Below, in pieces: positions 10,720 to 23,452 of a stretch of DNA of 64,000 bases (positions within the stretch are counted from its first letter, which is position 1; every line of letters starts with the position of its first letter). Under the pieces are notes generated by a model. That model saw only the letters and a program-made list of their open reading frames with translations, made no database searches and was not told the origin of the DNA. A program made the position numbers and the translations under genes. Origin of the DNA: Podarcis muralis (lineage: Eukaryota); contig NC_135659.1 in assembly GCF_964188315.1 (NCBI RefSeq), positions 80,662,001 to 80,726,000 on the forward strand, written 5' to 3'.

Positions 10720-10931
10720 ATTCAGGTAGGTAGCCGTGTTGGTCTGACGCAGTCAAAATATATATAAAAATTGTCCAGTAGCACCTTAGAGACCAACTAA
10801 GTTTGTTCTTGGTATAAGCTTTCGTGTGCATGCACACAAGTGTATCTGAAGAAGTGTGCATGCACACAAAAGCTTATACCAAGAACAAACTTAGTTGGAC
10901 TCTAAGGTGCTACTGGACAATTTTTTTATAT
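10720..10931. mobile_element. Penelope-like inverted terminal-repeat insertion
   Basis: Inverted pLTR pair flanked by the 13-bp direct repeat ATTTGCTGGTAAG (10707-10719 and 10932-10944). Confidence 0.85.
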
Positions 10932-13900
10932 ATTTGCTGGTAAGTCAGCAATCCAAAGAAGACTCTATGATAGTCTTAATATTCTTCCTTTTAATTGATG
11001 CTCAGCTAGACAATTTAGTGTGGTTGAAGTGCATTTCAAAAGATTTTGAAGGATGTTCCTCTTCTCAGAAACTTGAGGATCAATCTCTCACTGCTGGAGC
11101 GGGCAACTGGATGCCTGCAAGCTATAGAAAATTGCAGTGTGTAGAATAGATGATCAAATGACTTACTGCCCCAACATTTGGCAAACCATTTCATCAGTGC
11201 CAATCACTCCCATCCCAGTTCTAAATCTTGGTTATCGTCATCACCATCAATTAAATTGGTATACCACCCTTCATACAATTCACAAGAGTTCACAAGATAG
11301 GAAACACAACATATATACGTATTATATATTTTTTTAATCCCCTCCCCCACTTCCTCCTACAAACACTGCTGTTTTAATGAGGAGACATAGTCAGTCAAAG
11401 CTTTCTTAAATCATTTTGGAATTAATCTGACAGCTATATAATGAAGTATTCATTCACTTGCAGAAACTGCATTGTCCCAAACTGAATTGCACTTCACCTT
11501 AAAATATATACTGTGTGTAGTGTAATCCTGTGCATATTTATTTGGAATTAAGTTCCACTGTGTTCAATGGAATTTACTTCCATGTAAGTCGGTATAGGGC
11601 TACAAATTGAGTTGTGCTTCCATTCTGAACCCCCCCCCCCCCCGAAAAGAAAACAACCAAGCACACCCAGAGAAGTACACATTGTCCTAGGACAAATTAT
11701 GATTGGACACATGACAAAGCCACTTCGATCCAGTTGCTCCTATATTGCAACTTGTTTATTTTGGAAACCTAGAATTGGTCAGCTAGTTTTGCTGCAATGT
11801 GTAAGTTGTAGTCTGTTTTCAACCTTTCACTGTTGAAGAACTACGCTGAAAAGCTTCATAAAACTTATTTCTTAAAGCAGATGGTGTGAAGGGGGTGATG
11901 CCATTAATCTTAAGTAAATGAATATGGATTCAACTATCTGATAACATTAATAACTTCCAAATTTAACTTGGTAGAAGGTAAATAATATTTCAGGCAAGCA
12001 TGTGTATAATGGATGCCACCAGGAATGCTATTTTAAATTGTGTAATCATGCATCTTGCTTCCGTTCTTCTCTCCAGCTCTTCCTTGTTTTCTCAGTCTTT
12101 TGATTACACTCGAATCACTGAAAGCTTTTTGATATAACTAGAAGTTTTGGAAAAGCTGGGTCATTCTTAAGTTTTAAGAAAGCAACAAGGATAGTAAGTA
12201 ACTCATGGAGAACCTATTGCCAAAAGCTGTAGTAAAGAACATCTTGAAATATGACTAATCAGGGGCACTTAATATGCATGCCTGAGTGTCTACACCATTA
12301 GAAATCGAAACAAAAATACATTTCTGATACTAAGTTTAATGTCTTCTGCCATATGGTCTTGTTATATGAGAGATCGTAAGACTTTTACTTAACTTTAAGA
12401 TAAAATTCCTTCTAAAAATACAGTAACCTTGTAATATAGAAAGAATTGTTCTTAATACTAGTGTTGGTATGGTCTCATCAATCCAAAGATTGAGGCAACA
12501 GGCATTTGAAAACTTTTTAAGTGTTCAGAAATTTGTTGCAGGACACATAGTGATGCAGAGGTCTTTTTAACCAGCTTAAGTTTTTATGTCACCCATGAAT
12601 GATCTTGGATGGGTATAGTATAGTTGCAATGACCAATGCACTGGTAGTGTCTTGTTTAGACTACTGTAATGTGTTGTCTGCCCTTGACAACAGTCTGGAA
12701 ACTACTTTAAAATGTGGCTGTTAGGATCTTAACCAGTCTTGTTGGGAGTGTATCTTTCTAGTTTTGAAAGAGATTTGTTGGCTAACAGTTAATTCCTGAG
12801 TATTGTTTTTGAATTTTAAAGCTGGACATAGCTTAGGACTTCACTGCTCCTGTTCAGACTGCACAGCAAAAGCAATTTGGTTCTTGAAGTTCATTCTGAT
12901 TGTGCAAATAAAATGACAGGAAGTGGTATTAGTGTGTGAAAACAGTCAAGATCCAATGATCCCCAGGCTTGTACCTCCAGATGGTGGAGATGTCAGGCAC
13001 CATCCTAGTGCCCTGGCATGTTCACTTGTTTGCAAGTAGCTGATAGCCAGGTGCAAAATGCTCCTGGCTAGTTTCAATCACTGGTTGGAGGCATGCTGCC
13101 TTGCCTTTCCCTGTAGCTCCAAGTTTGTGCTCATCTTGCTTGCCAGAGCCTGGTGCCCCTCTCACTGTTGTGAAGGGCGGTTAGCAAGGTTATTGAAGCC
13201 TTATGTTAAGGAACACCTTCTCCCATGTTGATGTTGATGTGGGTGTTCTGCTGTTGGACAAAAAGCAAGCAGTGAGCAGGAAGAGAGGGCCTTTCCATTT
13301 GTGCCACCCTAGATATTAAATTTCACCCTCAAAGTATCGCATTTGGCACCTACTCTCTTATGTTATTTTCTTTTAAAAACAAAACCTGGCAAAGCCACTT
13401 CTGTTCTCCCAAGCTTTTTAACTATTTTTCAGTTTTACTTACTTATTTTTACTCTGTTGCTTTAAGTACTTCTGTTTTGTGTGAACTTTCTTTTTTATTG
13501 TTTATGAAATTCTGTTGTGACCTTTCCTGAAATATATATTGTGAAATTTATGAGTGTGCTTAGAATAGTTTTAGCAAGATCTAATTCTTCCCAAAACTAC
13601 AATTCAGAGTTTTCTTTGTAGCAAAGCATTACCAGTTAACTGATTTAAATTAATGGCCTCCCACCTGTCAAAATGCCTTCTGTGGCTTTGCAAAACGTTA
13701 TTTGAAACATCCTCTCACCTCATTTAAAATGGGGGGGGGATAAGGTTGTTTCAGATTGTGCTTTGCTCTGATTTTCCTTTTAGTGGGTGGGCAGCATCAG
13801 TGGCACACCCACACCTCTTTCACCCACTTAAAGGACAAGGCAAAGGGCTTTAATCTGCCTTGTCTTCACAACCCTGTTTTCTGCTTGGAAACATGGCAGC

Positions 13901-14188
13901 ACAGCCAATGTAAGATTAAACCCTGGCCTCCCCACCATCAGCTGATGTGTTGGCAAGCATACCGTAGTTTGGGGGAAACAGCCTGGGCAGAGGTTGCTCA
14001 CTACTGTACTGTATTAGATTAACAGCTATTCATTATGATATCTATATGGAACTTCTGTTGTTAGAGTTGTTGAGCTCTGCAATGGGCTTTCAAGCCCTGT
14101 CTGTGGACTTTCCAGAGTCATCTGATTGGCCACTGGCCTAGTTGGTCCTTTTATCTGAATTAGAAGGGTTTCTCTTTACACCGCATAC

Positions 14189-14320
14189 CAGGTCTGGGGA
14201 AGCTTTGGTCCTCCAGATGTTGGTGAATTACAGTTCCTATCATTCCTAAGCATTGACCATGCTTGCTGGGGCTGATGGGAGTTGTAATTCTGGAGCATTT
14301 GGAGTGCCAAATGTCCCCTG
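14189..14320. mobile_element. Degraded hAT-type palindromic MITE
   Basis: CAGG...CCCCTG ends; internal acagttcctatcat / gatgggagttgtaattc; related to 20182-20317. Confidence 0.55.
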
Positions 14321-17300
14321 TACCTGCCATCTGTAGTTTTCTTAAGAAATAAGTCTGATTATGTTCAGTGAGCCCTAATTCTAGGTAAATGTGGATAGGA
14401 TTGTAGCCTAGTTGTTCTTTATTTGGCTTCCTTATACACCCATGCTTAAGAAAAAAAAAACCCCAACTGTTTAATAATAGCACAATAAAACATTTAGTTC
14501 TTGGCCTTTTCCATTCTCCCAGTAGTAGTCTTTAAAAAGCTATTCTGATTAGCAGCTTAAAATAGGTTTACTATATTAGGCAATGTTGCGGCTATGTAGA
14601 AGAGTATGCAAGTAACACATTGGGTGTTATATCAGGGAAATGTAACCTAATGCAGGGTTAATACAAAATATTTTAAACATTTTCTGGTAAATGCTAGACT
14701 TCAATTTCTGAAATGCATGCTCACTTTATCAGAATCTGAGACGCTATATATCTAAAACTTATAAGGCATTGCAATGTGCCTCCTTTGCTTCTGGAATTTG
14801 CTCATTGTACCTTCAGGTTATTTGGCAACAGTGCATTGCAGTTAAATACAGTGTAGGATTTTAAAAAAACTAAATTTTAAACAAATTACAGTCTACATTT
14901 CTAACTTTATATTTTCCATTTTTAATGTATATTGGAAAGCAACAAAATGAAGGGAAACGGATGGAGAAGAGGAATAAGGGATGTTGTGCAAACAGATTAG
15001 ATTCTGCAGGGCAGGTGACTAAATCAGAGTTTGAGTATTTAAGGTAAAAGATGAAGATGTGACTTGAGCGTCATTGCTCAGGTGACTCAGAATTCATACC
15101 ATAACAGTTTAAAAAGAGCACACACCTATCTTTCCTTTGGCTTGCTGAAATTGATGACTGATTTCAATAACAGCATGGTCTAAGATAACAGTTTTGCAGA
15201 AATAATTGTGGAAATCCAGTGGTGTGATACAAATGCTTATTACACATGGATAAAATGGCCAGATGAAAAACAGGCCAAGGTGAGGCCAAGGCACGATATC
15301 ACACTGCATGTGTTAATTGGCTCACTAATACCAGAATTCCTGTAGTATTGGCAACTGTTTTGTGAGTGACCACTATTAATTATAAATTATCACTGTATTT
15401 TTCTGCATTTCTTTCTCCTCTAGTAACACTCCTCAACCTCACCACTCAAAAAAACCTCACGCAATTCAGGATAATACTACAGTGTTATCTGATGAGGTGT
15501 AGTCCATGAAAACCTTTGCCATAATACATTTATTAGGATCACATCCAGTGATATCTATTTGCGAGTGGAGTGAATGTCTGCTTAGACAACAGGGGTCTTT
15601 TGCCTTTCGCTCCTTGCCCTTGCAACCCCAATACACTTCCCTAACTCTGAAGGGTTAGGCCAGGGAACTTTCCACAGCACATTTGAGGAGGGCCTGGTGG
15701 CGGGGAAGTAGAATAATGATAACTTAGAAGAAGTCCCTTTGCTCAAATGAAAGTTTGCTCACATGACCTTGGATGTTGCCCTATGTCTTGAAGGTGCCAT
15801 GAAACTCATCACTGTTTTTAACTTGTGTAGAAGAAGAAATGCCAGCAGGTGTAACTCATCTTGCAAGCTATATCTGATGAAAATCCCTCGTATAGAAAGT
15901 TACCAGAGCCTCCTCCTCTTTTTCAATTGGGATCCTGCAATAGGCTGAAGCAAGGTTTGGTAGGTTCCTGTGAGACTTCAGTAATTTTCATCATGTGAAA
16001 ATTAAATGCTTGTGTTTGTAGGTAGCATTTAAATACTCATATTTGAGAGGTGGTCAGATTAGTTTTTCATTTGGATGGAAACACCTTTAGCTCAGATGTA
16101 TCTGACAGAGACATTGATTCACTTAGGAATTAATAGTAGGGCAAATTTGCTTATATCCAGATTATTTAATATTAAACTAGTTATTCTTCAACAAACTTTA
16201 TTTTCACAATTTTTCAAATAAATATGATCTGATTGTATTTCTTTTTGTTTAAAAAATTGTAAGCTTTTATGCACCCTCCCAAAGACATGTGGGCTTGCAT
16301 GACAAAGAGTTTGAATCGTATTTCTATAATGTATAGGATTATATCCAACACTGCTGTTCATTCATCTCAGGCAGTAGACTTCTTCTTGCAGAATGGAACT
16401 TGTCCTGCTCTTCCTTGCAGTTCCTTGTGCACCCTCAAAATCTGCTTTAGGGACCTGGGGGACCCCTGGAAAACATTTGGGTGAGCAGGGGGAGAGGACG
16501 GGAAAGGAAACGGAAATCCTGTTGTGCAAGTTCAGCTCTGCTAACACAGTGTTGGATACAACCCATAGACTCTACTTAGTTAGAAAGCTATATGTTTTAA
16601 TTAGAGAAGCAACTGGATTAAATTTTAATTGAATCATCACTTTTTTAGCTGAGAGTTTTAATCAAATAAATCTGCATGTGCTTAAAACTAAGTTCCAGAG
16701 AAAATTATGGTTTTTTTTTACATAAAGAGTATACATATACTATCAAGTTACTACATATGGTAATACAGTCTTCATATATTGTGAAATGATTGTAAAGGCA
16801 GATTTAAGGAATAATGGACATAATTCTGTTTCTTTCTTACCTCAAGTATTCATAATGCATACTATTTCTATATATATTGTTTATATTGCTTATGATTAAA
16901 GGTGTATTTCTGGATCATAGCGAAGGTGATCATTTTCATTCTATCCTCTTCCACCTTTGATGGGGAAGGAAGGGTCACATGAAAGAAGGGCATAGAAGAT
17001 CCTGATACACCTGTTTCACTCCCAGCGTTCACATGCACACTCACATTACAACATTCCATTTATAACATTAGCAAGCTAGGTGCTTCCCACCCCCACCCCA
17101 AAAGATAGAGACCACAAGAATAGCCGTGTTTTATCAACATACAAGTTGGATTGCATTATCAAAACTGATGGGCATGTAGAATTTTAGGTGTTGAATTGGT
17201 GTCCGAGTCTAAGGATCCTTGCATGCAGCTGCAGACTCATAGGTTTGTGTATAACAGGGGAATCTCTGGCCCAAGGGCCAAATGCAGACCTCCACACCTA

Positions 17301-17794
17301 TCTGGCCCTTAGTACTCTTCCCAAGCCATACCCCCTACTGGCTCTGCTTTTCCCTTGAGTATTTTCGTTTGGCTGGAATGCGTCCTTGAACACTGATAGT
17401 GTCTTTGTTTTTTTGGATATAGGCTAGAGGGGCATGTTCCCATGTGTTTAGAAACTTTCCTGCAGTACAAGGCAAAATTTACATTCATTGCTTTGCCTAC
17501 CACTGGTATGCAGCCCCTGGCAGGTTGCCCAGAAGGGAGTGTGACCCTCAGGCTGAAAAAGGTTCCCAACCTCTGATATGTAAGAATTCTGCTTTTTCAT
17601 CAGTTGAGCAGACTTTTGGTATTGGCATGAGACAGAGTAAGTTCAGAAAGGAACAGGGCCAAAGTTAAAAAGATGGAGGAACACTAGACTGAAATATGAA
17701 GATCAGCAATGGTAGGTGAACTTACTGGTGAGCTTACTGGTTTTTAGAAATGGTTAGAAATGAGCCTAAATAATCATGAATTAGAATAAATCTA

Positions 17795-18130
17795 TCATTG
17801 CAAAAAGCAAATTGAGACAGGCTGAGTAGCAGCTTGCAAGCTGACATCTGAAACTATAGTAATAATATTCACTGGAGCTGGATCCAGTACAATTAAACTG
17901 AACTCTCTTGACTTCAAGTTTTTAGACAGAGTCCCCACCCAATCTACCCAAAATCTGTGCAACCCCTGTTTTGGCAAAACACTGAAAGTCCCAAGAAGTT
18001 TGGCAGGTAATGTGAGTCAAGTGTGGTTTCTGATGCTGATTTGGCATGAAACGTCTGGTTACAAAATGGCTTGTGAGCTAACATGTTGGAAGGGGATATG
18101 GTTATTCAGGCAGACGCAAAGGCATTTGTC
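17795..18130 (-). mobile_element. Possible Gypsy integrase remnant
   Basis: GLHRFWVDWVGTLSK..SREFSLIVLD resembles the PF.RV.VD.VGPL..S...ILVIVD integrase core start; upstream LAH...TCQ resembles the Zn finger. Highly degraded. Confidence 0.35.
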
Positions 18131-19089
18131 TTTCATTCAGCCAAACTTTGAGTCAGATGAATAGTCTGCAGAGATTTATAGCTTCAGTAATTTTAGTGCT
18201 CTGGACTTTTACAGAATGCGGAAATGGTAAAATGTCTGCATTTTAACTAATCATATTAGCCATAGGTGTAAAGCTCCCTTGGGGAAAAACTAAGCATGTC
18301 TACAACTACTTATAAGATTGAGGATTTCATGTTAAATTGATTTATATCTAACTGTAGATACAATATGTGAAAATAAGTACCATTGAAATTTGTTGGAATT
18401 AACAAAGTATTTTAGGATTGAGGTACTGGGAGTTCTTTAGGTCTCCATGCTTCAATCTTATACATACTTTCCTGGGGGGGGGGTGTAAATACGGTGTAAT
18501 TCAGTAGATTCTGCTACTAAGTTTTCATTCTAGTAGCTTTGTGGTTGATTGCTCATTTAAGTATTCTATACCTATGGGACTGCCTATACTACCACAGCAT
18601 ATATATAACTATAATGCTGCCCAAAGACACCATTTACAGTAAAGGCCACATGCATGCATACCAGAAGCCTGCAAGATCCCTATCAGCCTCCTCAAACTGT
18701 CCTCCAAGCATACCACACTTGAAAGCCTCTGCTATGTATTCAGATACATAGGTTTGTATTCAATTAACTTTTACTTGGACCCATTGAATTAATAGCAGTT
18801 ATTAACTAAAGTCCATTAGTTTCAATGTGTCTAGCTGAATACCACCCATACTGATTTTGCATAAAGGGGACTGGAAGCCACCAAGAAAAAACAAAAGGAG
18901 GCAAAGCCTGAAATTGATGCTAAAAGTACTTAGAAAATACAGTACATTATATGCATTTTGGCAAGCTGCTGCAATGCTTATGCAGATGGTATATTCACCA
19001 TAGTACAGTGTTGAATTCCATCCAGAAAATTGTACCATTTTTCACATTGAGCACCTTTAACTTGAAGTTCTAATAGTGTGTTCAGAAGA

Positions 19090-19136
<47 letters not shown>

Positions 19137-19139
19137 ATT

Positions 19140-19740
19140 TACTGCTTTGGTTACTTCAAGAAAGGATAACTTCATTCCACTCTTACGTGAGGCTTTCTTC
19201 ACACTTGATCCAGAATCTGCAGTTAGTGCAGAATGCTGCAGCACAATTCCTGACAGGACTGAGGCCTTGTCGCATATAACACCTCTGCTCAGAGATCAGC
19301 ACTGGTTACCAGTTTGCTACTGGCCAAGTTCAAGGTCTTATGATTAGTACAGTGGTACCTCAGGTTACATACGCTTCAGGTTACATACGCTTCAGATTAC
19401 AGACTCCGCTAACCCAGAAATAGTGCTTCAGGTTAAGAACTTTGCTTCAGGATGAGAACAGAAATAGGGCTCTGGCGGCGCGGGGGCAGCAGGAGGCCCC
19501 ATTAGCTAATGTGGTGCTTCAGGTTAAGAACAGTTTCAGGTTAAGAACGGACCTCTGGAACGAATTAAGTACTTAACCTGAGGTGCCACTGTATTTAAAG
19601 CCCTTAACAACTTGGGACCAATTTACCTATGAGATTGCCTACACTTGGGAACTCCCTCCCTGTTGAGATCAAGCAGGCACCTTCTCTGTACTCTTTTTGT
19701 TGCCCGCTAAAAACATTCTTGTTTAGACAAGCCTACCCAT
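19140..19740 (+). mobile_element. Old L2 fragment interrupted by a mariner MITE
   Basis: LQLVQNAAA..LTG...HITPLL..HWLPV..FKVL..|FKALNNLGP continues across the MITE. Confidence 0.7.
19350..19591 (+). mobile_element. Tc1/mariner MITE
   Basis: TA-CAGTGGTACCTCAGGTT...AACCTGAGGTGCCACTG-TA. Confidence 0.9.
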
Positions 19741-20181
19741 TATATTCCCCCCCATAGAAAACAGTGTGATGATGCTGAGCATGCTCAGTGGACTCAGAGT
19801 GCTGAGTGACTATTGTGGAAGAGAGAGTGGAAAACTGGGGATGGTGTGTCTGGAACCTTGAGCAGGGACACTCCACACATTTTGTTGTAGGGATATGCTC
19901 AAATAGCACCATCCATACACAAGAGGCTTCTTTGGCTTGCAGAAGTATGGAAAATATTTAGGAAACTAAACCTCAAGGGGAACCCACCCAAATAGCCCAA
20001 TGGAGACTGAATGTGTTTAGTGGGCATGGAATGCTATTGGAGGGGGGAGAAATGGAAAAACTGGATGGGGGACGGCAATAGTATTCTGCAACACTCAACA
20101 AGAGTACTCCCCATAGCAACACTTTATTGGTGCCAATTGTTTTTGTTAATTAGGGGTAGCTATTGTTTGTACCCTCTAGAT

Positions 20182-20317
20182 CAGGCATGGCCAAACTTGG
20201 GCCTCTAGATGTTTTGGGACTACAACTCCCATCATCTCTAGCTAACAGGACCAGTGGTCAGGGATGATGGGAATTGTAGTCCCAAAACATTTAGAGGGCC
20301 AAGTTTGGCCATGCCTA
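20182..20317. mobile_element. hAT MITE, 136 bp, nearly fully palindromic
   Basis: TIR CAGGCATGGCCAAACTT / AAGTTTGGCCATGCCTA; 8-bp TSD CTCTAGAT (20174-81 and 20318-25). Confidence 0.9.
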
Positions 20318-21599
20318 CTCTAGATGTTGCTGGGCTACAACTTCCATCTCTGGCTATTGGCTATGCTAGTTGGGGCCGATGGGCACTGTAGTCCAATAAA
20401 TATTTGGAGGGCATTATGTTGGCTATGAGTATTCCTCCCTATATAGTAATATAGTTCTGCCAACTGTGTGCTTAAATATTAGACTTTGTAGTAGAATTTT
20501 GTAAATATGGCCAGAACATTTACCGTACTTACCTGCTTCACAAAATATACCCATGTTAGTTATTTGTTGCACATTGATTTCATGGCAGAAAAAACATATT
20601 GGGTATCCTCTGTATTAAAACCATCTGCCCTTGCTGGCTGCCTGAAGGAAATTCTCACTTGCCACAGGTGAGCAGGCAAAGTGTCTAATTACAAGCTGCT
20701 GTCATATGATTAGTGAAACAGGTCTATTTGAAATGAAATTTAACCATGGTTAATTGCTCTGAAAAGCTGCACACTTCTTTGAAAATTGTTCCAAGACCAT
20801 GAAAGATAGATGTGTTGTGGATATTGTCCTGCACATTTAATTGTGTTGACACAATATTTCCTTTTGAGAGCATTTCAGCATTTCTCACTCATGGAAAAGT
20901 CTGAGAATTCATGTACTTTTAATTGTAAGCTTAGATACAAAATGTTATAAAATATTACAGAATAGCAAGTGCTAACAGTGGAAATACCCTCAACATTTTT
21001 TATAACACTTAAAAGCTTGCCTTCTGCTTCAAAACTTCACAAAGTAGTTTTACTTAATGGCCTGTTGCAAGAAATTATTATCTTCACCTAGCCTTTTAAT
21101 CTAGTTAGAATCATTTTATTATTAAAAGATCAAGTTAGCCTTACTTCAAAAGTTTGTTGCACAAATGCCAGTTTCTAAACTGTATTATAAGTGAAATATA
21201 AACCTTTTAAAAGGAAGAGCAACTTCCAGGATTTACAAAGTAAAATCCAAGGTCATAGTCTAATGACTGCTTTGCAGGAAGAAAGGTAAAAATAAGCTGC
21301 ATACTTTTTGGATATGGGCCTGTGAAATTTTCCACTATATTCATTAGTAACACGGAGGCATGCTTGTGCTGCTGGTATTTTGAGCAATAGACTTGACTCT
21401 GAATGGAATTTTTAGTTATTCAATCTGCAATAAACAGACAACTAGCCAGCATTTTAGAGCAGAAAAACACTTGCTACAGAAAGTACTTAGTAATTCAGTT
21501 AATGAGTGTAAGTGAAACGAGTCCATGTTAGCTTGCTGTTTAGAATATAACTTAACATATTTTGGGTAAGTATCTGTACCTTTTTTCAGCTCATCCACC

Positions 21600-21790
21600 C
21601 AGCTCTCTGTCTCATCTGAATCAGGTGGCATTGATGGGCCGGATGTGGGCCAATAAATTGAGACTGAAACCTGAACAGACAAATGTATTATGTATTCTGA
21701 GTTCTTGAGTCTGGGAGATGGGAAGCTGGTCTGGTGTGGATGGGATTGCATTCTCCTGGAAGGAGCAGATCCATAGCATTGTCAGTAGAG
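21600..21790 (+). mobile_element. Old L2 RT remnant
   Basis: gatgtgggccaataaattgagactgaaacctgaacagaca resembles WM.ANKLRLNP.KTE. Confidence 0.55.
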
Positions 21791-22400
21791 GTTCAGGAAA
21801 CCTCAATTCTGATTTACAAGGAAGAGGAATTCCCTAGTGAAGCTGATCCCATGAGAGAGAATGAGGAGTACCTGAAACCGGCCCATGATGGGTCTCATGA
21901 ATCATGGATACTAGCATTCTAGATCAAATGCAAATCAAGTAATGGAGTTAGGATGGAATTATTGTTCAAAAGTTGTTATTTTAATTGTAAATTGGTTGCA
22001 AATGGACCATGCCAAGTTGCAAAACATGCCTGGCACCTGGGGTGTTTCGGATGCTGATCCAGGTGTAACTCATTCAGGCCATTAGGTGAAGAACAGGATA
22101 TAAATCTTGTGGTGCTTTGCAAACCCATTTTTGGCCCGGCCTTGACTTTATCTGCCCCAAACTTGGCATATATCTATTTTTTTAAATGAGTTTGCTTGTA
22201 TTTCAAACTTACCGTATTTTTCGCACCATAGGATGCACTTTTTCCCTCCTAAAAAGCAAGGGAAAATGTGTGTGCGTCCTATGGAGCGAATGCAGGCTTT
22301 CGCTGAAGCCTGGAGAGTGAGAGGGGTCGGTGCGCACCGACCCCTCTCGCTCTCCAGGCTTCAGGAAGCTATCCGCTAGCCGTGGGAGACCCAGCTCTCC

Positions 22401-22587
22401 CACGGCTAGCGGAGCGCTGCATTAATCCCGAAGCTTGGGGCGTGCGGAGCTCAGCGCGCCCCAAGCTTCTGGGTGCCGGCAAGGTCTCCGCTAGCCGTCT
22501 AGTGGAGACCTTGCCGGCACCCAGAAGCTTGGGGCGCGCTGAGCTCCGCACGCCCCAAGCTTCGGGATTAGCGCTCCGCTAGCCGTG
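22401..22587. repeat. Long inverted repeat: perfect 67-bp arms with 14-nt spacer, extendable by 17 bp
   Basis: 22423-22489 is the exact reverse complement of 22504-22570; 22401-22417 pairs with 22571-22587. Confidence 0.95.
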
Positions 22588-22592
22588 TCTAG

Positions 22593-23262
22593 GCTGCGGA
22601 TAGCAGCCTGCTTCCCGGAGCGTCGGGCACCCTGAAAGCAGAGCGCCCAGCGCTTTGGGAACACATCCGCAGTGTGGGGACCCTTGCAGGAGTTCCCCGC
22701 AAGGCTCCCCACGCTGCGGATAGCAGCCTGCCGCCCAGCGCGAGGGGCGCCCTGAAACAGAGCGCCCCTCGCGCCGGGCAGACATCCGCAGCGTGTGGAG
22801 CCCTGCAGCAGTTCCCCACAGGGCTCCCCACGCTGCGGATAGCAGCCTGCTTCCCGGAGCGTCGGGCGCCCTGAAAGCAGAGCGCCCGGCGCTTCGGGAA
22901 CACATCCGCAGCGTGGAGAGCCTTGCAGCAGTTCCCCGCAAGGCTCCCCATGCTGCGGATAGCAGCCTGCCGCCCGGCGCGAGGGGCGCCCTGAAGCAGA
23001 GCGCCCCTCGCGCTGGGCAGACATCCGCAGCGTGCGGAGCCCTGCAGCAGTTCCCCACAGGGCTCCTCAGGCTGCGGATAGCAGCCTGCTTCCCGGAGCG
23101 TCGGGCACCCTGAAGCAGAGCGCCCCTCGCGCCAGGCATACATCCGCAGTGTGGGGAGCCCTGCAGCAGTTCCCCGCAAGGCTCCCCAAGCTGCGGATAG
23201 CAGCCTGCCGCCCGGCGGGTGGGGCGCCCTGAAGCAGAGCGCCCCGCGCGCTAGGCAGACAT
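22593..23262. repeat. GC-rich minisatellite, 119/120-bp unit, about 5.6 copies, alternating A/B variants
   Basis: gctgcggatagcagcctgc recurs at 22593, 22713, 22832, 22952, 23071 and 23190, followed alternately by ttcccggagcgtcggg and cgccc(a/g)gcg. Confidence 0.95.
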
Positions 23263-23452
23263 CAGCCAGCTCCACAAGCTCGGGGGGCAGCAGGGAGGCG
23301 CAGCGCCACTATCCCGCTGTTCCTCGACCTGGTTCGGTTTCCCTGACCTGCTTTTGGGGGGGAAATAAAGGGAATTTTTTCCCCTTTATTTCCCCCCAAA
23401 AAAACTAGGTGCGTCCTATGGTCCGGTGCGTCCAATCGTGCGAAAAATACGG

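Larger units (their letters stand above)
22212..23452 (+). mobile_element. Long TcMar (Tc2/pogo-like) MITE with palindromic and minisatellite interior
   Basis: TA-CCGTATTTTTCGCAC...GTGCGAAAAATACGG-TA; 1241 bp with no transposase. The overlapping GC-rich ORFs are repeat artefacts. Confidence 0.9.

Noticed and set aside
19764-19805. TGATGA...CTGA resembling a C/D box snoRNA (also at 24731-24760)
   Set aside because: Boxes are too close together (under 45 nt) and there is no terminal stem.
21790-22200. Possible solo LTR (TATAAA and an acidic open frame)
   Set aside because: No clear TG...CA termini or target duplication found, so it cannot be supported.
22593-23262. CRISPR-like appearance of the regular repeats here and at 50243-50842
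   Set aside because: The sequence between repeats is itself repeated rather than unique spacers, units are far too long, there are no cas genes, and the DNA is vertebrate.
22491-23408. ORFs of 177-228 aa with repeating peptides
   Set aside because: They are translations of the 119/120-bp minisatellite inside a MITE.
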